DNA from: an uncultured archaeon
GTDB lineage: Archaea > Iainarchaeota > Iainarchaeia > Iainarchaeales > CSSED10-239
Length of the DNA stretch: 32,000 nucleotides
Assembly: GCA_964591795.1 (NCBI GenBank)
Contig: CAZQEL010000001.1
Coordinates: forward strand, 1-32,000
Reading direction: 5' to 3'
The stretch's first letter is position 1. Each line of letters begins with the position of its first letter. The notes under the pieces are model-generated. The model saw only the letters and a program-made list of their open reading frames with translations. It ran no database searches and had not been told where the DNA came from. Made by a program: the position numbers and the translations under genes. Below, one piece after another: positions 6,807 through 15,409 of the stretch.

Positions 6807-8996
6807 AAAATATTCAGCTGGTTTTGGATCTGCATCCATACCTTTTCTTTTTCTAATTTCACTGATAGTATCTTTAAGTAAACTTTTTGGTAAAGTTTCA
6901 TATCCAGAATACTCAGCAGTCCACACAGCTCTACCTTGTGTTTCTCCTCTCATTTCTTGAGAGAACCCTATCATTGACTTAACAGGAATCTTACAAATAA
7001 AGATAGAAGAATCTCCTTCTGTTTTAATATCTTCAATTTGTGCTCTTCTTGAAGATAAAACCTTTGAAACAGAACCCATAAAATCTTGAGGAACTGAAAC
7101 AGTTAAGTTTTGCTTAGGTTCTAAAAGAACATAATTACCAGCTAAAACACAAGCATATATTCCTCTTGTAATTGCAGGTAATACTTGAGCAGGACCTCTG
7201 TGTATAGCATCTTCGTGTAAAGTAGTATCTTCTAATGAAACAATTATACCAGATACTTTTTCTTTAGCAACAGGACCTTCATTTGTAGCATCAACAAAAC
7301 CTTCAATAATAAGTTCTCTTACTTCATTTAAGTTTTGTATTCCTTTTGTTCTGTTAATTAATATTGAATGATTATTAACAGCCCAAACATTCTTTGAATC
7401 ATCATTTAAAAGACCAACTTCTTGTAATTTTTTAATTACATCAAGATCTTTATTAGGTCTAATTTTACCATTAAACTTAAATTTTCTAAAGTTTTCAAGC
7501 ATTTCTTTTTCAATAGGAGCTGCACTTAATTTAAACTTATTATGTTTATTTGGTGTTTTTGCTTCAACTTTTGGTGACTCAGTAGTAATTGTTTCATAAT
7601 ATACAACAATTGGTGAAGATACAGTTATTGGAATATTATTATCTTTTTCAATCTTATATTGAGTAATTTCTAAGTGAAGTTCTCCCATACCAGATAAAAG
7701 ATGTTCACCAGTATCTTGATTTAATTCAGCTTTTATATTTGGATCTTCTTTTGAAATATTATGAATTAATTGTATTAGTCTTGGAAGATCTTTTGAATTT
7801 TTAGCTTCAATTGAAATAGTCATTACAGGTTCAACATCAGTCATGAAATCTTCAAATGGAACAATATCGTGACTTGCAATTGTTTGACCAGAGTAAACTT
7901 CTTTAAGACCAATAATACATGCAATATTACCAGCTTTTACTTCTTCTAAAATAACTCTTTCAGGACCTAAATAAATTCCAACATATTGTACTTTTGTTGT
8001 TCTATCAGTTCCTAAAACTTTAAGATCCATTCCTTTCTTTATAGAACCTGAATAAATTCTTCCAGAAGCAATATCACCAGCATGCTTATCTAATACAATA
8101 TCTGTAACCATCATTGAAACTTCTTCTGATTCAGTATTACATTCAAGCATTGCTTTTCCTTCAGGTGTTTGATGATCACCTTTCCAAATAACTGGAATTC
8201 TATATTTTTGAGAAACTCTTGGATTTGGTAAGTGTTTTGCAACCATTCCTAAAAACACTTCTGAAATAGGAATTCTATCTGAAAGTTCTTTTTGTTGTTC
8301 TTTTTCAGCATAATCAATTACATCTTTAAAAGTTACATTATATTTTTTCATTGCAGGAACTGAAAGTGCCCAATTATGAAAACCAGAACCAAAACAAACA
8401 GAACCATCAGCAATTGAAACTTGCCAATCTTTTTTTAATTCATCTGTTGCATTCTTTACAATTAAATTATTAATATCCATTACAACTTTTACAAATTTCT
8501 TTTGCATATCTTCTGGAGTTACATGCATTTCTGTTATCAATCTATCAACTTTATTAATAAAAAGAACAGGTTTTACTCTTTCTCTTAAAGCCTGTCTTAA
8601 AACTGTTTCTGTTTGTGGCATTACACCTTCAACAGCATCAACAACTAAAACAGCTCCATCAACAGCTCTCATAGCTCTAATAACATCACCAGTAAAATCA
8701 ACGTGACCTGGTGTATCAATAATATTTATTAAATATTTTTCTTTATCTATTTCACATGGAACAGAAACATTTGCAGAATTAATAGTAATTCCTCTTTCTT
8801 GCTCTAAAATATATGAATCCATGAAAACTTGTTTACCAGCTAAATCTTTTGACATTAAACCAGCTGTTGCAACTAAATTATCTGTTAAAGTAGATTTACC
8901 ATGATCAATGTGTGCAATAATTGCAATATTTCTAATATTAGTTGTGTTTGACATTAATTTTTCAGCAAGTTCAGCAACTTGTTCTTTTCTTCCCAT
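6798..8996 (-). CDS. fusA: Translation elongation factor 2 (aEF-2)
   Basis: 732-aa ORF with a G1 motif (AHIDHGKST), DTPGH, NKVDR and the diphthamide-site motif HEDAIHRGPAQ. An AGGTGA SD lies upstream. Confidence 0.97.
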   Translation of the reverse strand: MGRKEQVAELAEKLMSNTTNIRNIAIIAHIDHGKSTLTDNLVATAGLMSKDLAGKQVFMDSYILEQERGITINSANVSVPCEIDKEKYLINIIDTPGHVDFTGDVIRAMRAVDGAVLVVDAVEGVMPQTETVLRQALRERVKPVLFINKVDRLITEMHVTPEDMQKKFVKVVMDINNLIVKNATDELKKDWQVSIADGSVCFGSGFHNWALSVPAMKKYNVTFKDVIDYAEKEQQKELSDRIPISEVFLGMVAKHLPNPRVSQKYRIPVIWKGDHQTPEGKAMLECNTESEEVSMMVTDIVLDKHAGDIASGRIYSGSIKKGMDLKVLGTDRTTKVQYVGIYLGPERVILEEVKAGNIACIIGLKEVYSGQTIASHDIVPFEDFMTDVEPVMTISIEAKNSKDLPRLIQLIHNISKEDPNIKAELNQDTGEHLLSGMGELHLEITQYKIEKDNNIPITVSSPIVVYYETITTESPKVEAKTPNKHNKFKLSAAPIEKEMLENFRKFKFNGKIRPNKDLDVIKKLQEVGLLNDDSKNVWAVNNHSILINRTKGIQNLNEVRELIIEGFVDATNEGPVAKEKVSGIIVSLEDTTLHEDAIHRGPAQVLPAITRGIYACVLAGNYVLLEPKQNLTVSVPQDFMGSVSKVLSSRRAQIEDIKTEGDSSIFICKIPVKSMIGFSQEMRGETQGRAVWTAEYSGYETLPKSLLKDTISEIRKRKGMDADPKPAEYFMD

Positions 8997-9122
8997 TTTA
9001 TATTCACCTTTAGTTATTTATAAATTTAATAAAAATTATCCTTAATAGAAAAACTAAGAAATGTATTTTATTTTTAAGACAATACTTGTAAATAGTATAT
9101 CTAATATATAATATAGTAGAGA

Positions 9123-9132
9123 TTTATTTAAA
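9123..9132 (-). promoter_or_regulatory. TATA box (TTTAAATAAA) upstream of fusA
   Basis: It lies in the 178-nt gap after the methyltransferase stop, ~130 nt upstream of the fusA ATG. It is followed by ACTATAT, as at other promoters in the window. Confidence 0.3.
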
Positions 9133-9174
9133 TACCTTTTCTTATATGTAAAAAATCCTATATTTTGCTAAAAA

Positions 9175-9804
9175 TTATGATTTTTTAGTCATTAAGCAAA
9201 CATAACGTCTTTTGTAGTTATTAGTACCATATCTTAAGGGAATTAGCTTATTAATAATAAAATCCTCTTTAAATGTTTCAATAATTTCTTTCTTTGATAA
9301 AGGATACGAGTACATATTTATTAAAGAATTAAAATAAAATTTTTTATTATTAAAAGTTTTTTCACGCTTATCAAAACAAAAAAGTAAAAATTTACCTTCT
9401 CTATTTAATAATTTAAATAAAGTTTTAGAATATTCTTTTCTTTTTTCAGGTAAGATATTATGAAATAAACCAACATCATATAAAAAATTATATTTATCTT
9501 TTAATAACTCTTTTGAAAAGACATCTGACTGTTTAAAATCCAGATTTTTATTTTTATAAGATTCTTTTGCAAATTTAATAATCTCTTTAGATACATCAAT
9601 TCCAGTTACTTTAAAGCCTTTTTTTGAAAGATAATTAGCAAAATAACCATTTCCACAGCCTAAGTCTAATGTTTTTGAAGAGGTAATCCATTTAGAATCA
9701 ATTATTTCTTTAAACCACTCTGGTATTGTGGTTCTAACCCATGGAAGTTTTTTTAAATTTTTTTTAAAAGAATAAATATCATTCCAATTATTTTCTTTTT
9801 CCAT
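9175..9804 (-). CDS. Class I SAM-dependent methyltransferase
   Basis: 209-aa ORF. Motif I is LDLGCGNGYF, followed by an acidic post-I residue (VTGIDVS). Its ATG lies 2 nt after the stop of the 1276-aa gene, which implies translational coupling. Confidence 0.8.
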   Translation of the reverse strand: MEKENNWNDIYSFKKNLKKLPWVRTTIPEWFKEIIDSKWITSSKTLDLGCGNGYFANYLSKKGFKVTGIDVSKEIIKFAKESYKNKNLDFKQSDVFSKELLKDKYNFLYDVGLFHNILPEKRKEYSKTLFKLLNREGKFLLFCFDKREKTFNNKKFYFNSLINMYSYPLSKKEIIETFKEDFIINKLIPLRYGTNNYKRRYVCLMTKKS

Positions 9805-9806
9805 AT

Positions 9807-12800
9807 TTAATTTAATTTTATAATTTTCACAATACCCTTATTAGCATCAACCTCAATTAAATCTCCATCTTTTAAAACTTTTGTTGCTGTTTTAGTACCA
9901 ATAACACATGGTTTTTTAAGTTCTCTAGAGACAATAGCAGCATGACAAGTTATTCCGCCTTCATCTGTAACAAACGCAGAAGCTTTTTTCATAGCTGGAA
10001 GATAATTAGGCATAGTCATTGCTGCAACCATTATTTCTCCTTTCTTAAAATTACCAATTTGTTTTTGAGAAGTAATTATTCTTACAATACCTTGTACTTT
10101 ACCTTTATAAGCAATTTGTCCACCTATTTCTTTAATATCTAATTTTTGTTTTTCTAAAGTTAAATTTAATTTATCTAATGTATCACTTATATTATCAGTA
10201 TATAGTTTACCTTGATAATAAACAAATCCTTTTTTTCTTTCTTTAATTATATTTAGCATTAATTTTTTATTATTAACAGTTTTAGAAATAATATCATCTG
10301 GAAATACAAATTTGGTATTATTTTTTAAATAAGGAAATTTATTTTCAATGAATTCTTTAAATATAGGTTCTAAACTTTCAGCATATTTTTGAATTTTTTC
10401 TCTTAAAGCTAAAGCTTTTAATTTAATTTTTTTTGAAACATTAAAATTATCTTCAGGCAAAACAAATATTACAGCAACTTCAGCCCAATATGCTCCATAT
10501 AATTTAATTATTTTTTGATATTCAAAAATAGATTTTATTTGTCTACCTTTAAAATATGGCAATAATAAATTAAACTTTTTTAATAAATTAGAAAATATTA
10601 AATATACTAACTTTGGATTACTATTTATATTTGATTCTATAATTTTAAATACAGTAAAAAGCTCTTTATTATCATAATAAACATCCACAAGATCTTTTCC
10701 AGTATAAATAAAAGTTGTATTTTTTAAATCTTTTTTAATTAATTTAATTTTTTTAAAATAATATAAATAACTAAGATACCAAGCATATATTCTAGTTAGA
10801 GAATATTCTCTTGAATGTTCTTTATGTAATTGTGTTTTATATTTATCATCAAAAAATTCCTGTCCACTTAAAGTTATATTTAATTTATTTAAATTTTTAA
10901 AAATATCACCAGTATATAAATTTCCTTGATAATAGACGTACCCTTTTTCTCTTTTAGTAATTAATTTTAATAATTCAATTTTATTATTTACAAGCCCTGA
11001 CCAAATATCATCTGGCAATACAAAATTGCTTTTATTTTTAAGATAAGAATATTTTGATTCAATAAACAAAGATATTGCTTTTTGAATTACAAAATTATAT
11101 TCTTGAGATTCTGCCCGCTTTTTTAATGCAAATTGTTTTAATTTTTCAGAAACTGGTAAAGTTGGAAGAACAGTAACAAGTTGCATATACATCCAATTAT
11201 CAGAACACAAATTTTGAATTTCTTTTAATTCATCTAAATTTTTAATTTTTGAAGTATTTTTTTTAAATCTAATATATAATTGTTTAAATTTATTTAAATT
11301 GGCACTAATTTTTTGTATTACTAATTTAGGGTCTTTAATTGAAAGCTCAATTATTTTTTGAGTAATATTTTGTAATTCAGACAAATCATAATATATTTTT
11401 ACAAGATTTTTATTATCATAAACTGCACAAGTATGATTCATTTTTTCTCCAACAATTGAATAAAATCCATTAGTCATTGAATCTTGAGCAGCACTTAATC
11501 TAAAAAGAGTAAATTCATTAAGTTCTCTTGAAAATAATAACGAAAGATTTTTAATTTTTAATAATGTATTTACTTTATTTATTGTTGTTGTTTTTTTTAA
11601 TTTAGTTATTGATCTTGATTGTGTAATATCTATTTTATTTTTTTCTTTATTTAATATTCTAACAACACCATTATCTGCATCAACTTCTACTAGATCCCCA
11701 TCTTTTAAAATATCAGTAGCTATTTTAGTTCCAATCACACATGGTTTCTTAAGTTCTCTAGAAACAATAGCAGCATGACAAGTAATTCCACCCTCATCAG
11801 TCACAAATGCTGCTGCTTTATACATAGCAGGAAGATAATTAGGCATAGTCATTGCTGTAACTAAAATATCCCCTTTTTTAATTTTATTTAAATCTTTGAT
11901 ATTTAATACAATTTTTACTTTTCCTTTTACCTTTCCATTAAATGCTGATTGTCCTTTAAGTTTATCTTGTTTTTTGATTGTTTTCTCTTCAATTCTTATT
12001 CCTAAATTATCCAAAATTCCCTCAATATTTCCTGTGAAAATTTCACCCCTATAAAAAACAAAACCCTTATTTCTTTCTTTAATTTTTTGTAGCATATTCT
12101 TTTTATTTTTAACTTCTTCAGACCAAACTTCTTCTGGTAAGACAAACTTGGTTTTATCTTTAAGGAATGGATAAAATTTCACTAAAGTTTCTTTGAATAC
12201 ATCCTCTATTGTTTCATTATAATCTTGAATGTCTTTTCTTGCTTTAAGGGCTATATCTTTAATATTTTGTGGTAAAAAGTCCATTCTTGGAACAGCAAAA
12301 ACCATCCCATGAAGTAAATAATATTCTGTATATTTTTCATAAACTTTTTTTAATTCATTCTTTTTCAAAATATGCTTTTTTTCTTTAAAATAAGGAAGAA
12401 GATAATTAAAATCATTATATAATTTTTTTATTAATTTTTCAAAAAATGTTTTGTCTGTTACTTTTTTTGCTATACTTTTAAATAAACCATCCCATGAACT
12501 TTTTGTATAATAAACATTTACCAAATTTCCTCGATAAATTTTGCAAGCATCTTTTACTTTATATCCAAAAATCTTTTCACTTAGCTTCTCATAATTTTCA
12601 TATAAAGAATAAACTCTAAATAAAGAATATTCTCTTGAGTGTTGTTTTATGAAAATTTCTGATATGTTATCTTTTTTATAAATAAATTTGCTTTCTGTTA
12701 AAGTTGTAATTGGTCTACTCTGAGTTATATATATTTTGTTCTTTTCAATAGCCCATTCAATATCTACAGGAAAACCATAATGATTTTCAATTTTCTTAAT

Positions 12801-13637
12801 TAAATTAGAAAGAGATAAAATCTGAGATTTAGAAAGAACTTGTGAACCACCTAATTTTTTAGTTAGTTCCTTCCATTTAGTACCTTTTTTTAAACATCTA
12901 TACATTGCTTTAGATTGTTCACTTATATTTTGCTCCAAGATTTTAAGTGGTTTTTTAGAAACAATATAACTATCAGGTGTTATTGCTCCAGAAACAATTG
13001 CTTCTCCTAACCCATAACCAGCTTCAATAATTAATTGATTATAATCTTCAGTTACTGGATGTACAGAAAAGGCAATTCCAGATTTTTCTGAATTCACCAT
13101 TTTTTGAATAACTACAGCTACTGAAATATATTTATTTTGTAAATTTTTTTCAAATCTATAAAAAATAGCTCTTGAAGTAAATAAAGATCCCCAACATCTC
13201 TTTACATTAAATAATATATTTTTTTCAGTTGTATTAAGATAGGTATCCAACTGTCCAGCCCAAGCAACACTAGCAGAATCTTCTGAAGTGGCTGATGATC
13301 TTACTGCTACAAATTTTGTTTTTAATTTTTTAAAATAAGACAATATATCTTTTGAAAGCTTTTTTGAAATTTCTTTAGAAAGAATTAAATTTTGAATTTC
13401 TTTAGAAGCATTATCAATAGTTTGTACTTTTTTAATATTTACTTTATTTAAAATTAAATTAATTTTTACGTTTAAATTATTTTCTTTAATAAAAATATCA
13501 AAAGCAGAAGATAATATCACAAAACCATTTGGAACAGAAATATCTGAAGAATACATTTCTCCTAAAGAAGCTCCTTTACCACCTGCTTCTTTAACTGAGT
13601 CTTTATTTAAATCTTTAAAAAATTTAATTATAACCAT
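9807..13637 (-). CDS. PEP-utilising-enzyme family multidomain phosphotransferase (PpsA/PPDK N-terminal ATP-grasp plus two swivel phosphohistidine domains plus three helical modules); no PEP/pyruvate TIM-barrel domain
   Basis: 1276-aa ORF. Residues 1-313 resemble the PpsA N-terminal nucleotide-binding domain (GGKGASLGEM, VAVRSSATSEDS, ..YITQSRPIT). Two near-identical mobile His domains carry TDEGGITCHAAIVSRELKKPCVIGT (His621 and His1232). Three paralogous ~225-aa modules occupy residues ~325-555, ~695-925 and ~935-1165. Confidence 0.8.
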   Translation of the reverse strand: MVIIKFFKDLNKDSVKEAGGKGASLGEMYSSDISVPNGFVILSSAFDIFIKENNLNVKINLILNKVNIKKVQTIDNASKEIQNLILSKEISKKLSKDILSYFKKLKTKFVAVRSSATSEDSASVAWAGQLDTYLNTTEKNILFNVKRCWGSLFTSRAIFYRFEKNLQNKYISVAVVIQKMVNSEKSGIAFSVHPVTEDYNQLIIEAGYGLGEAIVSGAITPDSYIVSKKPLKILEQNISEQSKAMYRCLKKGTKWKELTKKLGGSQVLSKSQILSLSNLIKKIENHYGFPVDIEWAIEKNKIYITQSRPITTLTESKFIYKKDNISEIFIKQHSREYSLFRVYSLYENYEKLSEKIFGYKVKDACKIYRGNLVNVYYTKSSWDGLFKSIAKKVTDKTFFEKLIKKLYNDFNYLLPYFKEKKHILKKNELKKVYEKYTEYYLLHGMVFAVPRMDFLPQNIKDIALKARKDIQDYNETIEDVFKETLVKFYPFLKDKTKFVLPEEVWSEEVKNKKNMLQKIKERNKGFVFYRGEIFTGNIEGILDNLGIRIEEKTIKKQDKLKGQSAFNGKVKGKVKIVLNIKDLNKIKKGDILVTAMTMPNYLPAMYKAAAFVTDEGGITCHAAIVSRELKKPCVIGTKIATDILKDGDLVEVDADNGVVRILNKEKNKIDITQSRSITKLKKTTTINKVNTLLKIKNLSLLFSRELNEFTLFRLSAAQDSMTNGFYSIVGEKMNHTCAVYDNKNLVKIYYDLSELQNITQKIIELSIKDPKLVIQKISANLNKFKQLYIRFKKNTSKIKNLDELKEIQNLCSDNWMYMQLVTVLPTLPVSEKLKQFALKKRAESQEYNFVIQKAISLFIESKYSYLKNKSNFVLPDDIWSGLVNNKIELLKLITKREKGYVYYQGNLYTGDIFKNLNKLNITLSGQEFFDDKYKTQLHKEHSREYSLTRIYAWYLSYLYYFKKIKLIKKDLKNTTFIYTGKDLVDVYYDNKELFTVFKIIESNINSNPKLVYLIFSNLLKKFNLLLPYFKGRQIKSIFEYQKIIKLYGAYWAEVAVIFVLPEDNFNVSKKIKLKALALREKIQKYAESLEPIFKEFIENKFPYLKNNTKFVFPDDIISKTVNNKKLMLNIIKERKKGFVYYQGKLYTDNISDTLDKLNLTLEKQKLDIKEIGGQIAYKGKVQGIVRIITSQKQIGNFKKGEIMVAAMTMPNYLPAMKKASAFVTDEGGITCHAAIVSRELKKPCVIGTKTATKVLKDGDLIEVDANKGIVKIIKLN

Positions 13638-13706
13638 ATATTACTTAAACTAAAATAAGTTTAAAAACTATTTGTTTTTCAGCAAAATAATATTTAAAGG
13701 ATTATC

Positions 13707-13844
13707 CTATTTAGCTGTATTATCTTTAATTTTTGCTTTTTTAAAATCCCAAATAACTTTTGTTTTTTCTTTATTTGTAAATTTCCCCGTAAACTTAACA
13801 TTAGAAACTGGTTTTTTTAAAATAGATTTTTTTGGTAATGGCAT
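13707..13844 (-). CDS. Candidate small ORF (45 aa, Lys-rich), not in the supplied track
   Basis: My own translation gives MPLPKKSILKKPVSNVKFTGKFTNKEKTKVIWDFKKAKIKDNTAK followed by TAG. An AGGAG (13856-13860) lies 11 nt upstream of the ATG and 8 nt after the stop of the preceding gene. It sits in an otherwise unexplained 231-nt gap. Confidence 0.3.
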   Translation of the reverse strand: MPLPKKSILKKPVSNVKFTGKFTNKEKTKVIWDFKKAKIKDNTAK

Positions 13845-13868
13845 ATTTATAACATCTCCTTTTTATGA

Positions 13869-14630
13869 CTATCTTAAAATATAATTTTTAATTTTATTAA
13901 TTGAAAACTTTTCCTTTCTAACTTCTTTTACAGTCACATACTTTTTTTTTCGATTACTAGTAGTATGTGAAACATAATCTAGAAAGTTATTTGAAATATA
14001 ACTAACATAATCAAAAACTGGATTTAAATTACTTACTTTTCCATTATTAATTTTTATACTTAAATTTTCATTTTTATTAATTTCATTTAATTTATTAAAA
14101 ACACTAATGAAAAAATTATTTCCTTCAATTACTAATTGATTTTTGTCTTTAGCTATTAATAGTTCATAAAAAATTTCTGAAAATTTTTGAAAATATTTAG
14201 ATTGCATTGTAACTCTTCTACTTTCAATAAACTTAGTTATTGAATCTAAAACTTCAATAGCAAGTACTGGAAATTTAATTTTATAAAATTTATTTTTAAT
14301 TAAATTTATTTCTTTTTTAGATTTATTAGGATATCTTTTAATTAATAAATTATCTGAAATTTTAAAAGAACTAAATAAACTATAAACACCTCTAATTATA
14401 ACCTCTCTTGAATCCTTACCAACTAGTTTTTTATGATTAGATTTTCTAATAATAAATTCTTTATATTTAGGTGATTCAAAAGTACGATAAATATTTCTAA
14501 TTGATTTTGCATATCTTATATCATATTCTTTAATATTATATGATTTTGATATTTTAGATAGTTTTTTTTCTAAAACATATCCTTTACCATATCTAATTCT
14601 ATCTGGAATTAAAGTTTTTAGTCTTTTCAT
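13869..14630 (-). CDS. Hypothetical basic protein (orphan); first gene of the accessory cassette
   Basis: 253-aa uninterrupted ORF in a genome where AT-rich stop codons are frequent. It has an ATG start, a TTTATAAA box ~50 nt upstream, no recognisable motif and no Cys. Confidence 0.55.
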   Translation of the reverse strand: MKRLKTLIPDRIRYGKGYVLEKKLSKISKSYNIKEYDIRYAKSIRNIYRTFESPKYKEFIIRKSNHKKLVGKDSREVIIRGVYSLFSSFKISDNLLIKRYPNKSKKEINLIKNKFYKIKFPVLAIEVLDSITKFIESRRVTMQSKYFQKFSEIFYELLIAKDKNQLVIEGNNFFISVFNKLNEINKNENLSIKINNGKVSNLNPVFDYVSYISNNFLDYVSHTTSNRKKKYVTVKEVRKEKFSINKIKNYILR

Positions 14631-14676
14631 ATATATCTAAATTAATAATCTATATAAAAATATAAAGAACAATAAG

Positions 14677-14684
14677 TTTATAAA
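14677..14684 (-). promoter_or_regulatory. TATA box (TTTATAAA) for the accessory cassette
   Basis: It lies ~50 nt upstream of the ATG at 14630 and downstream of the rps7 hairpin and T-run. Confidence 0.35.
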
Positions 14685-14750
14685 AGAAATTGATATTTAA
14701 AAATTTAAAAATAGAAAAATAAGATTTGCAAAAAATGAAATTATTGCAAA

Positions 14751-14790
14751 TTAAATAAAAATTAAAAAAATAAACTGAAAAAATCAGTTT
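14751..14790 (-). terminator. Stop-codon-embedded hairpin plus T-run after rps7
   Basis: A 7-bp stem (AAACTGA / TCAGTTT at 14772-14778 and 14784-14790) with a 5-nt loop overlaps the TAA. It is followed on the transcript by ATTTTTTTAATTTTTATTT. Confidence 0.4.
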
Positions 14791-15388
14791 ATCTTGAACC
14801 ATGTGCGATTCTTTCAATATCATCTCTTCTTTTTACAGCATAACTTTTTGGATCATTTTTAGATGCTGCAATTAATTCTTCAGCAAGAGTTGATGCCATA
14901 TCTTTTTTTGTCTTAAAAGTTGCCTTGAAAGGAGCAAGAGCTAAATTTTTTAAAGCTTCATCAAGTCTTAAAATTGGAGCAACATCAACAGCTTGGTTAT
15001 AAGTTATTCCACCTCTTTTAAGTCTGATAATATCTTCTCTTGGAGTTGAATGTTCAATAGCTTCAATAAGAACTTGAATAGGATTTCTTTTTGTTGTAGC
15101 ATATATAGAATCAAATGCTTCATCAATAGTTTTAATCATATGTTCTTTTTTTCCACAAGAATTTTTCCCTCTTAAAAATTTACCAGAAAGTTTTTTCTTA
15201 CCCTGTCCTGATCTCATCATTTTATTTATAAGTCTTTCTACTACATGTACTTTTGCTTTATCAGTAGGAGTACTTTTTGCAACACCAAATGTATGAGGTA
15301 TTTCTTTTTCCTTAAAACTTATATATTTTGCAACACCTAAATCTTTACAAACAACCTCATTGGTTGTCCATTTACCTAAAATCATCAT
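14789..15388 (-). CDS. rps7: 30S ribosomal protein S7 (uS7)
   Basis: The N-terminus is archaeal-S7-like (MMILGKWTTNEVVCKDLGVAKYI) and the C-terminus is typical (AVKRRDDIERIAHGSR). The preferred start is the ATG at 15388, preceded by GGTG. The ORF-track start at 15400 is a TTG. Confidence 0.93.
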   Translation of the reverse strand: MMILGKWTTNEVVCKDLGVAKYISFKEKEIPHTFGVAKSTPTDKAKVHVVERLINKMMRSGQGKKKLSGKFLRGKNSCGKKEHMIKTIDEAFDSIYATTKRNPIQVLIEAIEHSTPREDIIRLKRGGITYNQAVDVAPILRLDEALKNLALAPFKATFKTKKDMASTLAEELIAASKNDPKSYAVKRRDDIERIAHGSR

Positions 15389-15409
15389 ATTTAACACCAA
15401 TCTTTATAT

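Noticed and set aside
9942-10142. 66-aa plus-strand ORF inside the 1276-aa gene
   Set aside because: It is antisense to the conserved phosphohistidine domain (TDEGGITCHAAIVSRE), so it is a shadow ORF.
9819-11966. Long internal DNA repeat (9819-10130 versus 11649-11966) as a possible mobile element or assembly duplication
   Set aside because: Both copies are in frame within one ORF and encode the same protein domain with scattered synonymous-type differences. No transposase, terminal inverted repeats or target duplications are visible. I interpret it as an intragenic domain duplication. An assembly artefact cannot be fully excluded without reads.
13672-13884. 70-aa plus-strand ORF in the gap between the 253-aa and 1276-aa genes
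   Set aside because: It has a Phe/Leu-rich antisense-type composition, overlaps the 3' end of the 253-aa gene and starts at a non-ATG codon. The minus-strand 45-aa ORF with an AGGAG site is a better, though still weak, explanation of the open frame.
9175-14630. Calling the cassette between rps7 and fusA a mobile element or genomic island
   Set aside because: No integrase, transposase, flanking direct repeats or adjacent tRNA were seen. Only the broken synteny supports insertion, so it is reported as a finding rather than annotated as a mobile element.
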